A DNA stretch of 32,007 bases from an uncultured Gammaproteobacteria bacterium (lineage in GTDB: Bacteria > Patescibacteriota > Patescibacteriia > 2-01-FULL-39-33), in contig CAZSPT010000003.1 in the NCBI GenBank assembly GCA_964608895.1, positions 1-32,007 on the forward strand, written 5' to 3'. The notes below the pieces were generated by a model. It was not told where the DNA came from. It worked only from the letters and a program-made list of their open reading frames with translations, and searched no databases. Made by a program: the position numbers and the translations under genes. Of the stretch, positions 22,339-29,602 are shown piece by piece (positions within the stretch are counted from its first letter, which is position 1; each line of letters starts with the position of its first letter).

Positions 22339-23141
22339 AAAAAACAATTATTCTAACCGCCGCCGGCCTGGCCGTTCCCGGCCTTAGCCGGGCAATCATA
22401 TTAAACACTCCGCTCGGGCAACAAACAACCATTGAAAATTTTGCTCAATATATTTCAGCATGGTACCAATTTATCATCGGAAGCGTCGGGGTTTTGGCGG
22501 TCTTGATGATAATGTGGGCCGGCTTCCGCTGGCTGACTTCCCGGGGCAACCAGGAAATCATCAGCGACGCCAAGGACAAAATCTGGTCGGCGATCATCGG
22601 ACTGGTTTTGGTTTTTTTAATTTATACCATTTCCTTCATTATTAATCCCGAACTGACTAAAATTGAACTCCCCAAGCTGCCAACCGCCGAATGGAGTGCG
22701 CCGAACATTCCTAATCCCGAATTAACCGAAGACATTTTTTTAGATAACGAGATAGATCAAGAAGTCAGAGATAGACTTGAAGACGAAGGGATTCTTGTCA
22801 AAGATAATTTTCCAGCTACTCAAGTAGGCGGACTCCAAGAAGAAACAATCCAAGGTATTATCGCCCTGAACGAAGACTATCAGGACTATTTTAATGAAAA
22901 CTGCGACCCGATAATGATAACCGGCGGAAATGAAAACTGGACTCATTCCCCAACCGGCGGCCATCATCAAGGGATTAAACTTGATATCCGAGCGACTGAT
23001 GATTTCAACAATTATATGACCAACTCACTCCTGTCAACTTTCAATCCCGCAGGAGAAACCGTAAATAATTATCAAATATATCAAAGAGGAAATATGACTA
23101 TCATTAACGAACTTAATCACTGGGATATAAAATGGGAATAA
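22335..23141 (+). CDS. VirB2/TrbC-like (T4SS-pilin-like) two-helix membrane module fused to a C-terminal domain with an LAS-peptidase-like H-x6-D...H pattern
   Basis: 268 aa. Signal peptide MKKTIILTAAGLAVPGLSRA, then helix 1 (WYQFIIGSVGVLAVLMIMWAGFRWL), the loop TSRGNQEIISDAKDKI and helix 2 (WSAIIGLVLVFLIYTISFII). This layout matches what I recall of TrbC/VirB2 and the CPR T4SS_pilin family. The C-terminal part reads ITGGNENWTHSPTGGHHQGIKLDIRA...NELNHWDIKW. ATGA start/stop overlap with the dsbA-like gene. Confidence 0.55.
   Translation: MKKTIILTAAGLAVPGLSRAIILNTPLGQQTTIENFAQYISAWYQFIIGSVGVLAVLMIMWAGFRWLTSRGNQEIISDAKDKIWSAIIGLVLVFLIYTISFIINPELTKIELPKLPTAEWSAPNIPNPELTEDIFLDNEIDQEVRDRLEDEGILVKDNFPATQVGGLQEETIQGIIALNEDYQDYFNENCDPIMITGGNENWTHSPTGGHHQGIKLDIRATDDFNNYMTNSLLSTFNPAGETVNNYQIYQRGNMTIINELNHWDIKWE
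22338..22704 (+). repeat. 367-bp direct repeat, copy 1 (5' module of the twin genes)
   Basis: Identical to 23150-23516 (offset 812 bp) except a/g at 22674/23486. Identity stops abruptly at 22705/23517. Confidence 0.95.
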
Positions 23142-23953
23142 TTTTAAACAAAAAAACAATTATTCTAACCGCCGCCGGCCTGGCCGTTCCCGGCCTTAGC
23201 CGGGCAATCATATTAAACACTCCGCTCGGGCAACAAACAACCATTGAAAATTTTGCTCAATATATTTCAGCATGGTACCAATTTATCATCGGAAGCGTCG
23301 GGGTTTTGGCGGTCTTGATGATAATGTGGGCCGGCTTCCGCTGGCTGACTTCCCGGGGCAACCAGGAAATCATCAGCGACGCCAAGGACAAAATCTGGTC
23401 GGCGATCATCGGACTGGTTTTGGTTTTTTTAATTTATACCATTTCCTTCATTATTAATCCCGAACTGACTAAAATTGAACTCCCCGAGCTGCCAACCGCC
23501 GAATGGAGTGCGCCGAGTAATGCCGACCAATCCGAAACCGACCAATCCGAAACCGACCAATTCCAAATTCCCAGTTCTTCAAACGGCATGACCGAAGCGG
23601 TTAACCGTTATCTCGCGCTTCGCCAAGAAATTGAACAAGAAGCAAACGATCCAAATATTATAACTCAGGATGAAATAGGCGCGCTCCGAACCACTCTGAA
23701 CGGAACCTATCAAAGACTGCAGGGAGAATATCCAGAAGCGGATATTTATTTTCTTCCGGGCGATATAACAAGAGCAGATGAAATTCCCGGAGATATAATC
23801 CCGGCCGGAGAAGGAAATGGAGAAGGAAATCTTATTGAAGGATTAAACACTTTTTTGGAAGAACGAGAATTGCAGATAGCAACAATTGAAACTTTTCAAA
23901 GCGACAACGGAGAATATATCTCGGCTTTGGTAATAGAAGAAATTTCCAACTGA
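23132..23953 (+). CDS. Paralogous VirB2/TrbC-like module fused to an unrelated acidic C-terminal domain
   Basis: 273 aa. Residues 7 to about 128 are identical to the preceding protein apart from one K/E change. The tail is unrelated (SNADQSETDQSETDQFQIPSS...EGNGEGNLIEG...). Its start overlaps the previous stop by 10 nt, and a terminator follows. Confidence 0.6.
   Translation: MGIILNKKTIILTAAGLAVPGLSRAIILNTPLGQQTTIENFAQYISAWYQFIIGSVGVLAVLMIMWAGFRWLTSRGNQEIISDAKDKIWSAIIGLVLVFLIYTISFIINPELTKIELPELPTAEWSAPSNADQSETDQSETDQFQIPSSSNGMTEAVNRYLALRQEIEQEANDPNIITQDEIGALRTTLNGTYQRLQGEYPEADIYFLPGDITRADEIPGDIIPAGEGNGEGNLIEGLNTFLEERELQIATIETFQSDNGEYISALVIEEISN
23150..23516 (+). repeat. 367-bp direct repeat, copy 2
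   Basis: See 22338-22704. Confidence 0.95.
23523..23562. repeat. 15-bp tandem repeat (about 2.6 units) encoding DQSETDQSETDQ
   Basis: ccgaccaatccgaaa occurs twice, followed by a partial unit. It lies just after the end of the shared module. Confidence 0.8.
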
Positions 23954-23964
23954 ACCAAATCGCG

Positions 23965-23990
23965 AAAAACTTCCAGTTGGAAGTTTTTTT
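23965..23990 (+). terminator. Rho-independent terminator closing the five-gene operon
   Basis: Stem aaaaacttcc, loop agtt, stem ggaagttttt, followed by a T run extending to 23990. Confidence 0.65.
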
Positions 23991-24036
23991 AATTTGACTA
24001 AATTTCAAAACCGCAATACACTATAAAAAAATAATT

Positions 24037-25383
24037 ATGACTGATAATTCCTTTCTCTACAGCTGTTCCAACTGCGGCGCCCAATATCCCAAATGGCAAG
24101 GGCGCTGTTTAGAATGCGGAAAATGGGGCACAATCAATCAGCAACCCGAAAGTTCTTTTAAGGGAAAAATCTCGCCGGCTTCTCCGGACCGGCCGATCAA
24201 CCTCGCTGAAACCGCCTTTAACGTCCAAAAAAGATTAAAAACCGAAATAACCGAGCTTGACCGGGTGCTCGGCGGCGGACTGGTCGCCGGCAGTGTCGTT
24301 CTCCTGGCCGGCCAACCCGGAGGAGGAAAATCAACCCTGGCCGGACAAATCGCCAAAGGAATTTCCGGCGCTCTTTATGTTTCCGGAGAAGAATCAGCCG
24401 AACAAGTGAAAATTAGAAGCGAAAGAATCGGTCTGGACTTGGCTAAATTCCAATTTCTCCCCCAGACTGAAGTTGAAAAAATCGTCGCCACCCTAAAAAA
24501 AATCAAACCGCCGGTCGCGATAATTGATTCAATTCAAACTCTCCACTCTCAAGAACTGCCGGCCGGCCCGGGCAGTCTTAACCAAATCACCGCCAGCGCC
24601 GCCAAACTGATTGAAGCCGCCAAAACAAGCAAAATTCCGATTTTAATCATCGGCCATATCACTAAAGAAGGAACAGTCGCCGGACCAAAAGTCCTGGAAC
24701 ATCTCGTTGACACGGTTCTTTATCTTGAAAACGACAGTCAAAATTTCTATAAAATCCTCCGAAGCGTCAAAAATCGTTTTGGCTCAACCGGAGAAATCGG
24801 AATTTTTGAAATGACCCGGAACGGCTTGGAAGAAATAACCGACCCAAGCGCTCTTTTTCTGGCTGAAAAAAATCAGCCGGCCAACGGCTCAATTACCACT
24901 ATTGTTCTGGAGGGAAGCCGGCCATTCCTGGTTGAAGTCCAGGCCCTAACCGTCAGAACAATTTTCGGCTATCCTCAAAGAAAATCAACCGGCTTTGACC
25001 TCAACCGACTCCAAATGCTTACCGCCGTGTTGGTAAAAATCGGCAAAATAAATCTCGGCAATCAAGATATCTATCTAAACATCGCCGGCGGATTAAAAAT
25101 AAAAGAAACCGCCTCGGATTTGGCGGTTTCACTGGCAATTGCTTCAGCCTTTCTTAATTTGCCCATCCCCCGAGACGCCCTGGCTTTCGGCGAAGTCGGT
25201 TTGGCCGGAGAAATCCGACCGGTCGCCCAGTTCAAAAAAAGAATCGCCGAAGCTGAAAAACTCCAATTCAATAAAATCATCGGCCCGGAAACCAACTTAG
25301 CCGCTCCCGGACTTTTGAAAGCAAAAACAATCAGCGAAGCAATCTCGCTTCTAAAATCACTAAATGAAAAAAGAACGACCTGA
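24037..25383 (+). CDS. radA: DNA repair protein RadA/Sms
   Basis: 448 aa. N-terminal zinc finger CSNCGAQYPKWQGRCLECGKWGT, Walker A GQPGGGKST, the KNRFG motif and a C-terminal Lon-protease-like domain (NIAGGLKIKETASDLAV). Confidence 0.92.
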   Translation: MTDNSFLYSCSNCGAQYPKWQGRCLECGKWGTINQQPESSFKGKISPASPDRPINLAETAFNVQKRLKTEITELDRVLGGGLVAGSVVLLAGQPGGGKSTLAGQIAKGISGALYVSGEESAEQVKIRSERIGLDLAKFQFLPQTEVEKIVATLKKIKPPVAIIDSIQTLHSQELPAGPGSLNQITASAAKLIEAAKTSKIPILIIGHITKEGTVAGPKVLEHLVDTVLYLENDSQNFYKILRSVKNRFGSTGEIGIFEMTRNGLEEITDPSALFLAEKNQPANGSITTIVLEGSRPFLVEVQALTVRTIFGYPQRKSTGFDLNRLQMLTAVLVKIGKINLGNQDIYLNIAGGLKIKETASDLAVSLAIASAFLNLPIPRDALAFGEVGLAGEIRPVAQFKKRIAEAEKLQFNKIIGPETNLAAPGLLKAKTISEAISLLKSLNEKRTT

Positions 25384-25395
25384 GTCGTTCTTTTT
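25371..25395. terminator. Bidirectional hairpin terminator between radA and the convergent Zn-ribbon gene
   Basis: Stem aagaacgac, loop ctga, stem gtcgttctt, with an A run on the left and a T run on the right. It overlaps the radA stop codon. Confidence 0.6.
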
Positions 25396-25402
25396 ATGTT
25401 CT

Positions 25403-25669
25403 CTATGAACACTCAATCGGAATTCTGCTGCCGGTGACATCCCTGATATTTTCGTTCTCAAGCTGTCTGCCGCATTTCCGGCAATAGAATTCTCGGTTGT
25501 AAAGAGTAATTTTCCCTTTTTCCAACCCTTCCTGACAAGAAACGCAAGTTCTGACATCTCTCCCCATAAATTCTACCCTTTTGGAATGAATCACTCTCCC
25601 GCAGAAGGTACAATGTACCTTTGCTTTTGTTCTGCTGCCTTTCTTAGTGGCCTGTTTTGTTCTGGGCAT
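25403..25669 (-). CDS. Small basic zinc-ribbon protein (88 aa), function unknown
   Basis: The start is trimmed to ATG 25669-25667 (MPRTKQATKKGSRTKAKVH...), preceded by AGGAGGG 5 nt upstream. There are three CxxC pairs (CTFC, CVSC, CRKC) plus a C-terminal Cys. The N-terminus is Lys/Arg-rich. Confidence 0.65.
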   Translation of the reverse strand: MPRTKQATKKGSRTKAKVHCTFCGRVIHSKRVEFMGRDVRTCVSCQEGLEKGKITLYNREFYCRKCGRQLENENIRDVTGSRIPIECS

Positions 25670-25788
25670 TTCTTCCCTCCTGATTGTCCAATTGATTGTC
25701 AATTTCCACCATAATTTGCGTTTTACCTCCTTTCTAAACGCAAACTTTCACGAACTTCATTTTTACCGCCTAAAACAACTTCTTTTAA

Positions 25789-25817
25789 TTATATCTCAAA
25801 AAATAAAAGCTGTCAAA
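25789..25817 (-). promoter_or_regulatory. Perfect consensus sigma70 promoter (TTGACA-17-TATAAT) for the Zn-ribbon gene
   Basis: Plus strand attata at 25789-25794 and tgtcaa at 25812-25817, with a spacer of exactly 17 nt. This predicts a leader of about 110 nt containing a 9-bp hairpin (25715-25744). Confidence 0.6.
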
Positions 25818-25820
25818 AAA

Positions 25821-26339
25821 TTATCCCCAAATAAACCGCCAGGGTTTTTCGCGGTATTCTCCGGCATAATCCACTCCGATTCTCGGAGCAGTGATAATTT
25901 TTTTAGGAGATTTTCCGGGTTTAATCGCCAACCGAGCTTTTTTTTCAAAAGCCGATGTTTTGTTGAAACTTTTGTCAATTCCAAAAGCTCGAGTTAACCG
26001 GCCCGGGCCGTCAAGTCGGACTGATTCAAATCCTTTCAAAGGCCTGGCCGCTCTGATTAAAACAGCGGCTGGATAATCTTTATTTTCAGTAACAATATTT
26101 AGACAATAGTGAATTCCGTAAATTAAATAAACATACCAAAAACCGGCCGGACCGAACATCACCGCCGTCCGGGCGGTTCGGCCGCGGCTGGCGTGAGAAG
26201 CTAAGTCAGCCGGACCGCAATAAGCTTCAGTTTCAGTGATGACCGCTTCAAAATTATTTTTAACCAGCCGACAGCCAAGCAGGCTTTTAGCGACTTTTAA
26301 AGTCTTTTGGCGATAAAATTTTTGAGGCAGAAAAACCAT
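25821..26339 (-). CDS. mpg: 3-methyladenine DNA glycosylase (AAG/Mpg family)
   Basis: The start is trimmed to ATG 26339 (MVFLPQKFYRQ...). The blocks LLGCRLV, ITETEAYCGPADLASHA, GRTARTAVMFGPAGFWYVYLIYGIHYCLNIVT, VLIRA and GPGRLTRAFGI match the conserved Mpg signature as I recall it. Confidence 0.85.
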   Translation of the reverse strand: MVFLPQKFYRQKTLKVAKSLLGCRLVKNNFEAVITETEAYCGPADLASHASRGRTARTAVMFGPAGFWYVYLIYGIHYCLNIVTENKDYPAAVLIRAARPLKGFESVRLDGPGRLTRAFGIDKSFNKTSAFEKKARLAIKPGKSPKKIITAPRIGVDYAGEYREKPWRFIWG

Positions 26340-26347
26340 AAAAAAAC

Positions 26348-26375
26348 TTGACAAAATTTTTCAAAATGTTATATT
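26348..26375 (+). promoter_or_regulatory. Near-consensus promoter (TTGACA-16-TATATT) for the 69-aa ORF
   Basis: -35 at 26348-26353 and -10 at 26370-26375. It overlaps the 5' end of the divergent mpg gene. A strong SD, AAAGGAGG (26427-26434), sits 8 nt before ATG 26443. Confidence 0.55.
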
Positions 26376-26442
26376 GACAACAGTTCTTATCTTCTTATCT
26401 TGATTGGCTTGAGGTAGCAACTCGAGAAAGGAGGCGGTCACC

Positions 26443-26652
26443 ATGGAAAATGAAGATCGTCTGGCAAAAGAAATCAGAAAAGTGCTGGGGCATGTCGGCG
26501 GAACAATAACCGCTCAGGAGGCAATCGGCAGAATCAAAGTCCTAATCGAAAAGGACGAAAGACTGATTTGGCCGGAATTCCATCCACCTTTCCCGCCTTT
26601 CTTGAAAATAAGCGGGAAAAACTGGAGACCGAGCCAAATCTGCGCCAATTGA
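26443..26652 (+). CDS. Hypothetical 69-aa protein
   Basis: An ORF with a good promoter, a strong SD and a GC-rich terminator. I recognise no motif. The tail is Pro/Trp-rich (WPEFHPPFPPFLKISGKNWRP). Confidence 0.55.
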   Translation: MENEDRLAKEIRKVLGHVGGTITAQEAIGRIKVLIEKDERLIWPEFHPPFPPFLKISGKNWRPSQICAN

Positions 26653-26658
26653 CCTTCC

Positions 26659-26688
26659 GCCGCTTCGGAAATCCGAAGCGGCTTTTTT
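26659..26688 (+). terminator. Rho-independent terminator
   Basis: Stem gccgcttcgg, loop aaat, stem ccgaagcggc, followed by tttttt. It abuts the recG stop. Confidence 0.75.
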
Positions 26689-28774
26689 ATTCCTGATGAC
26701 CGGCAAAATCCGCCGCGGCCAGTCTTTCTTGAAGAACAGGATAATTTTCCAGAGAATCTTCCGCGGCCAGCTCTTTGGCCGCCTCTTGAGTTTGATTTAT
26801 CATTGCGGCGTCGGTTAAATCAGCCAGTTTGAAATTATTGAAACCAGACTGCTGGTAGCCGTAAATCTGACCGGCGCCCCGAAGCTCAAGATCCCGCCGA
26901 GCCAGAGTAAGACCGTCATGGCAACGGCAAAAAATTTCCAATCTTTTTCTAACTGCCTCTTCAAAAGAATCACTGAATAAAAAGCAATAAGACTGACGGG
27001 AGCTCCGTCCGACTCGGCCCCGGAACTGGTGAAGCTGAGCCAGCCCAAATCGCTCGGCTCCTTCAATTACCATTACTGAAGCATTGGGAATATCAACTCC
27101 AACCTCCACTACCGAAGTGGAAATTAAAATCGCCAACTTTCCTTGAGAAAAATCAGAAACTACCTTTTCTTTTTCTGATGATTTTAGCCGACCGTGCAGA
27201 ATACCAACCGAAAGATTGGGAAAAACTTCCCGGTTTAATTTTTCAAACTCTTGATTAACCGAACGAACTCCGAGCTTGTCAGAAGGGTCAATCAACGGAC
27301 AAACGACAAAAACCTGGCCACCCCGGCCGACTTCTTCGGCAATGAAATTGTAAGCCGCCTGCCTTTTTCCATCCGAAACCAGCCGAGTAATCACCTTTTT
27401 TCGGCCCGGCGGTAGCTGGCGGATCACCGAAAGGTCCAAACTGCCGTAGAGAGTTAAGGCGAGCGACCGGGGAATCGGAGTGGCGGTCAACGAAAGCAAA
27501 TGGGGTGTTTTTTCGGACTGAAATCCCCCGCCTCGGGAAAGAAGCTCTCGCTGCTTGACTCCGAAGCGATGCTGTTCGTCAATAATTACCAAGCCAAGCC
27601 GCTTGAAAAAAACTTCTTTTTGAATTAAAGCATGAGTGCCGACGACCACTGAAATTTCTCCCCGGCGGCCGGCGGCTAAAAAATCCTTCTTGGAAATTTT
27701 CTTTTTCTTTCCGCCGGCCGGACTAACCAGCCGCTGTTCCCGGGTCAGCAGTCCGAAAACAAAATCTTTGGAAACCCCTTTATCGGCCAATTTGGTTAAA
27801 GTTTCAAAATGCTGACGGGCGAGAATTTCAGTCGGCGCCATAAAAACGGCTTGAAAACCGTTGCCTACCGCTTGCACAATGGCAATCGCCGCCACCGCGG
27901 TTTTACCGGAACCGACATCGCCTTCAAGCAACCGGGTCATCGGCCGGGACTCTTTCAAATCTTTTATAATCTCCCAAGCGGATTTTTTCTGGTCGTCGGT
28001 GAGCGAAAAACCAAACCCGGCCACAAACTTTTTAGTCTTTTCCCGGCAAAATTTCAGACTGAAGGCCGGCCGGGCTTCTTTTTTTTTCTTTAAAATTTGA
28101 GACCAAAGTTGAACTAAAAAAAGCTCGTCAAAAGCCAGCCGCTGCCGAGCGGCCGCCAAACTCTGATAATTTTCAGGAAAGTGAATTTCTTTAACCGCCG
28201 TCAAAAGATTATTTAGGGAGTATTTTTTTCTGATTTTTTCAGGAAGATAATCTTGGAGTTGACTGCTGAATTTAAGGGCTGTTCTAACCAAGAATCTGAG
28301 CTGTTTTTGGCTTAATCCTTCGGTTAGGGAATAAATCGGAACCAACCGGGCGGTATGAGTGCTGATTTTTGTCGCTCTTTCATAACTAGGAGAATTTAGA
28401 TAAAGATCAAAGAGATTGCCGGCGGTTTTTCCGGAGAGATAGACTTCGGTTCCGGGCCGAAGATTCTTGGCAATCCAAGGCTGATTGAACCAAACAACTC
28501 TGAGAGAATCGCTCTGGTCGCTAACAACCGCTTCGGTGATAATTTTCTTACGCCGAGGAGTCCGGCGATTCTTTAAAATCTCAATTTTTCCCCGAACAGT
28601 CGCGGTTATCCCGGGTTCAAGGTCTTTAATCGGGACAATCTTGCTAAAATCCTCGTAACGGAAGGGATAATAAAAAATGAGATCCTTAACGGTCTCAATC
28701 CCTAATTTTTTCAGCCGAGCGCCAATCGTCCGGCCTACTTTATTCAATTGATTAACGGGACTTTCTAAAGTCAT
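26687..28774 (-). CDS. recG: ATP-dependent DNA helicase RecG
   Basis: 695 aa. N-terminal wedge/OB region (YYPFRYEDFS), helicase motif I GDVGSGKT, motif II IIDEQHRFG, TATPIPRS and motif VI HQFRGRVGRS. Confidence 0.92.
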   Translation of the reverse strand: MTLESPVNQLNKVGRTIGARLKKLGIETVKDLIFYYPFRYEDFSKIVPIKDLEPGITATVRGKIEILKNRRTPRRKKIITEAVVSDQSDSLRVVWFNQPWIAKNLRPGTEVYLSGKTAGNLFDLYLNSPSYERATKISTHTARLVPIYSLTEGLSQKQLRFLVRTALKFSSQLQDYLPEKIRKKYSLNNLLTAVKEIHFPENYQSLAAARQRLAFDELFLVQLWSQILKKKKEARPAFSLKFCREKTKKFVAGFGFSLTDDQKKSAWEIIKDLKESRPMTRLLEGDVGSGKTAVAAIAIVQAVGNGFQAVFMAPTEILARQHFETLTKLADKGVSKDFVFGLLTREQRLVSPAGGKKKKISKKDFLAAGRRGEISVVVGTHALIQKEVFFKRLGLVIIDEQHRFGVKQRELLSRGGGFQSEKTPHLLSLTATPIPRSLALTLYGSLDLSVIRQLPPGRKKVITRLVSDGKRQAAYNFIAEEVGRGGQVFVVCPLIDPSDKLGVRSVNQEFEKLNREVFPNLSVGILHGRLKSSEKEKVVSDFSQGKLAILISTSVVEVGVDIPNASVMVIEGAERFGLAQLHQFRGRVGRSSRQSYCFLFSDSFEEAVRKRLEIFCRCHDGLTLARRDLELRGAGQIYGYQQSGFNNFKLADLTDAAMINQTQEAAKELAAEDSLENYPVLQERLAAADFAGHQE

Positions 28775-28785
28775 TTTCTTACCAA

Positions 28786-28859
28786 CGTCCCCGGCAGGAT
28801 TTGAACCTGCGATCTTTGGCTCCGCAAGCCAACGCTTTATCCAGCTAAGCTACGGGGAC
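28786..28859 (-). tRNA. tRNA-Arg, anticodon GCG
   Basis: The minus strand reads gtccccgtagcttagctggataaagcgttggcttgcggagccaaagatcgcaggttcaaatcctgccggggacg. Acceptor gtccccg/cggggac, anticodon stem ttggc/gccaa with loop ttGCGga, and T arm gcagg-ttcaaat-cctgc. No CCA is encoded. Confidence 0.85.
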
Positions 28860-28865
28860 CGATTA

Positions 28866-29369
28866 TTAAAACTTGAGCCAGCGGCCAATTTGATCAAACA
28901 ACGGCTCTGCTTCCTGGTCAAGGTCCTCCTTGAGAAAATCATTCAGAAAATCCCTGATTGAAAGCGGATTCTGACTCTCCAGAAGAATAGCTAAACGCCC
29001 TCGGAGCGGATTTCGAAAGTTGAAATAAAGTTTTTTCGTCCCATTTTCCCGATAGATAATAAAAAATGACTTAAAATCTTGATAGGGATAAAAATAACCA
29101 CCGAATTCAACTCCGTCCGGCGTCAAAACACATTTGACAATTTTTGAGCCGCGGAATTCATAAAGAAGGATTAAAGCATAGAATAAAATCAAAAAAACGG
29201 CAAAAAGATAATTAGCCACGAGAATTGCCCAACCAACGGCCAGTAAAAAAATAACCGCTGAAATCAGATACCAAAATGTTCCCTTGGGATGCTTTTGAAA
29301 TTCCGGGCAGGACCAGCTAAAGGCAATTTCCAACAGCTGGTCTGTTCGCTTCTCTTCTTCCTCCGGCAT
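28866..29369 (-). CDS. Hypothetical two-TM membrane protein with a small soluble C-terminal domain
   Basis: 167 aa with an acidic N-terminus, a hairpin of two hydrophobic helices (FWYLISAVIFLLAVGWAILV and YLFAVFLILFYALILLY) and a beta-rich tail of about 95 aa. No family is recognised. Confidence 0.6.
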   Translation of the reverse strand: MPEEEEKRTDQLLEIAFSWSCPEFQKHPKGTFWYLISAVIFLLAVGWAILVANYLFAVFLILFYALILLYEFRGSKIVKCVLTPDGVEFGGYFYPYQDFKSFFIIYRENGTKKLYFNFRNPLRGRLAILLESQNPLSIRDFLNDFLKEDLDQEAEPLFDQIGRWLKF

Positions 29370-29434
29370 ATTTAATTCCTTAATAATAAACTGTTTTTAT
29401 TATACCTGATTTTATTTTTTTTTTCAATCAAATA

Positions 29435-29463
29435 TTTACAAAACCGAGCAATAGTGGTAGAAT
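29435..29463 (+). promoter_or_regulatory. Promoter for tRNA-Ser (TTTACA-17-TAGAAT)
   Basis: -35 at 29435-29440 and -10 at 29458-29463. The mature tRNA 5' end lies 12 nt downstream. Confidence 0.5.
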
Positions 29464-29474
29464 TAAACCAATTC

Positions 29475-29567
<93 letters not shown>

Positions 29568-29602
29568 GTCCAATTTCGAACCTTACTAATCATGGACAAA
29601 AT

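Noticed and set aside
25645-25712. 22-codon upstream ORF (MVEIDNQLDNQEGRNAQNKTGH) as a separate gene
   Set aside because: It is too short and has no support beyond an SD-like loop 13 nt away. I kept it only as a possible leader feature under the Zn-ribbon finding.
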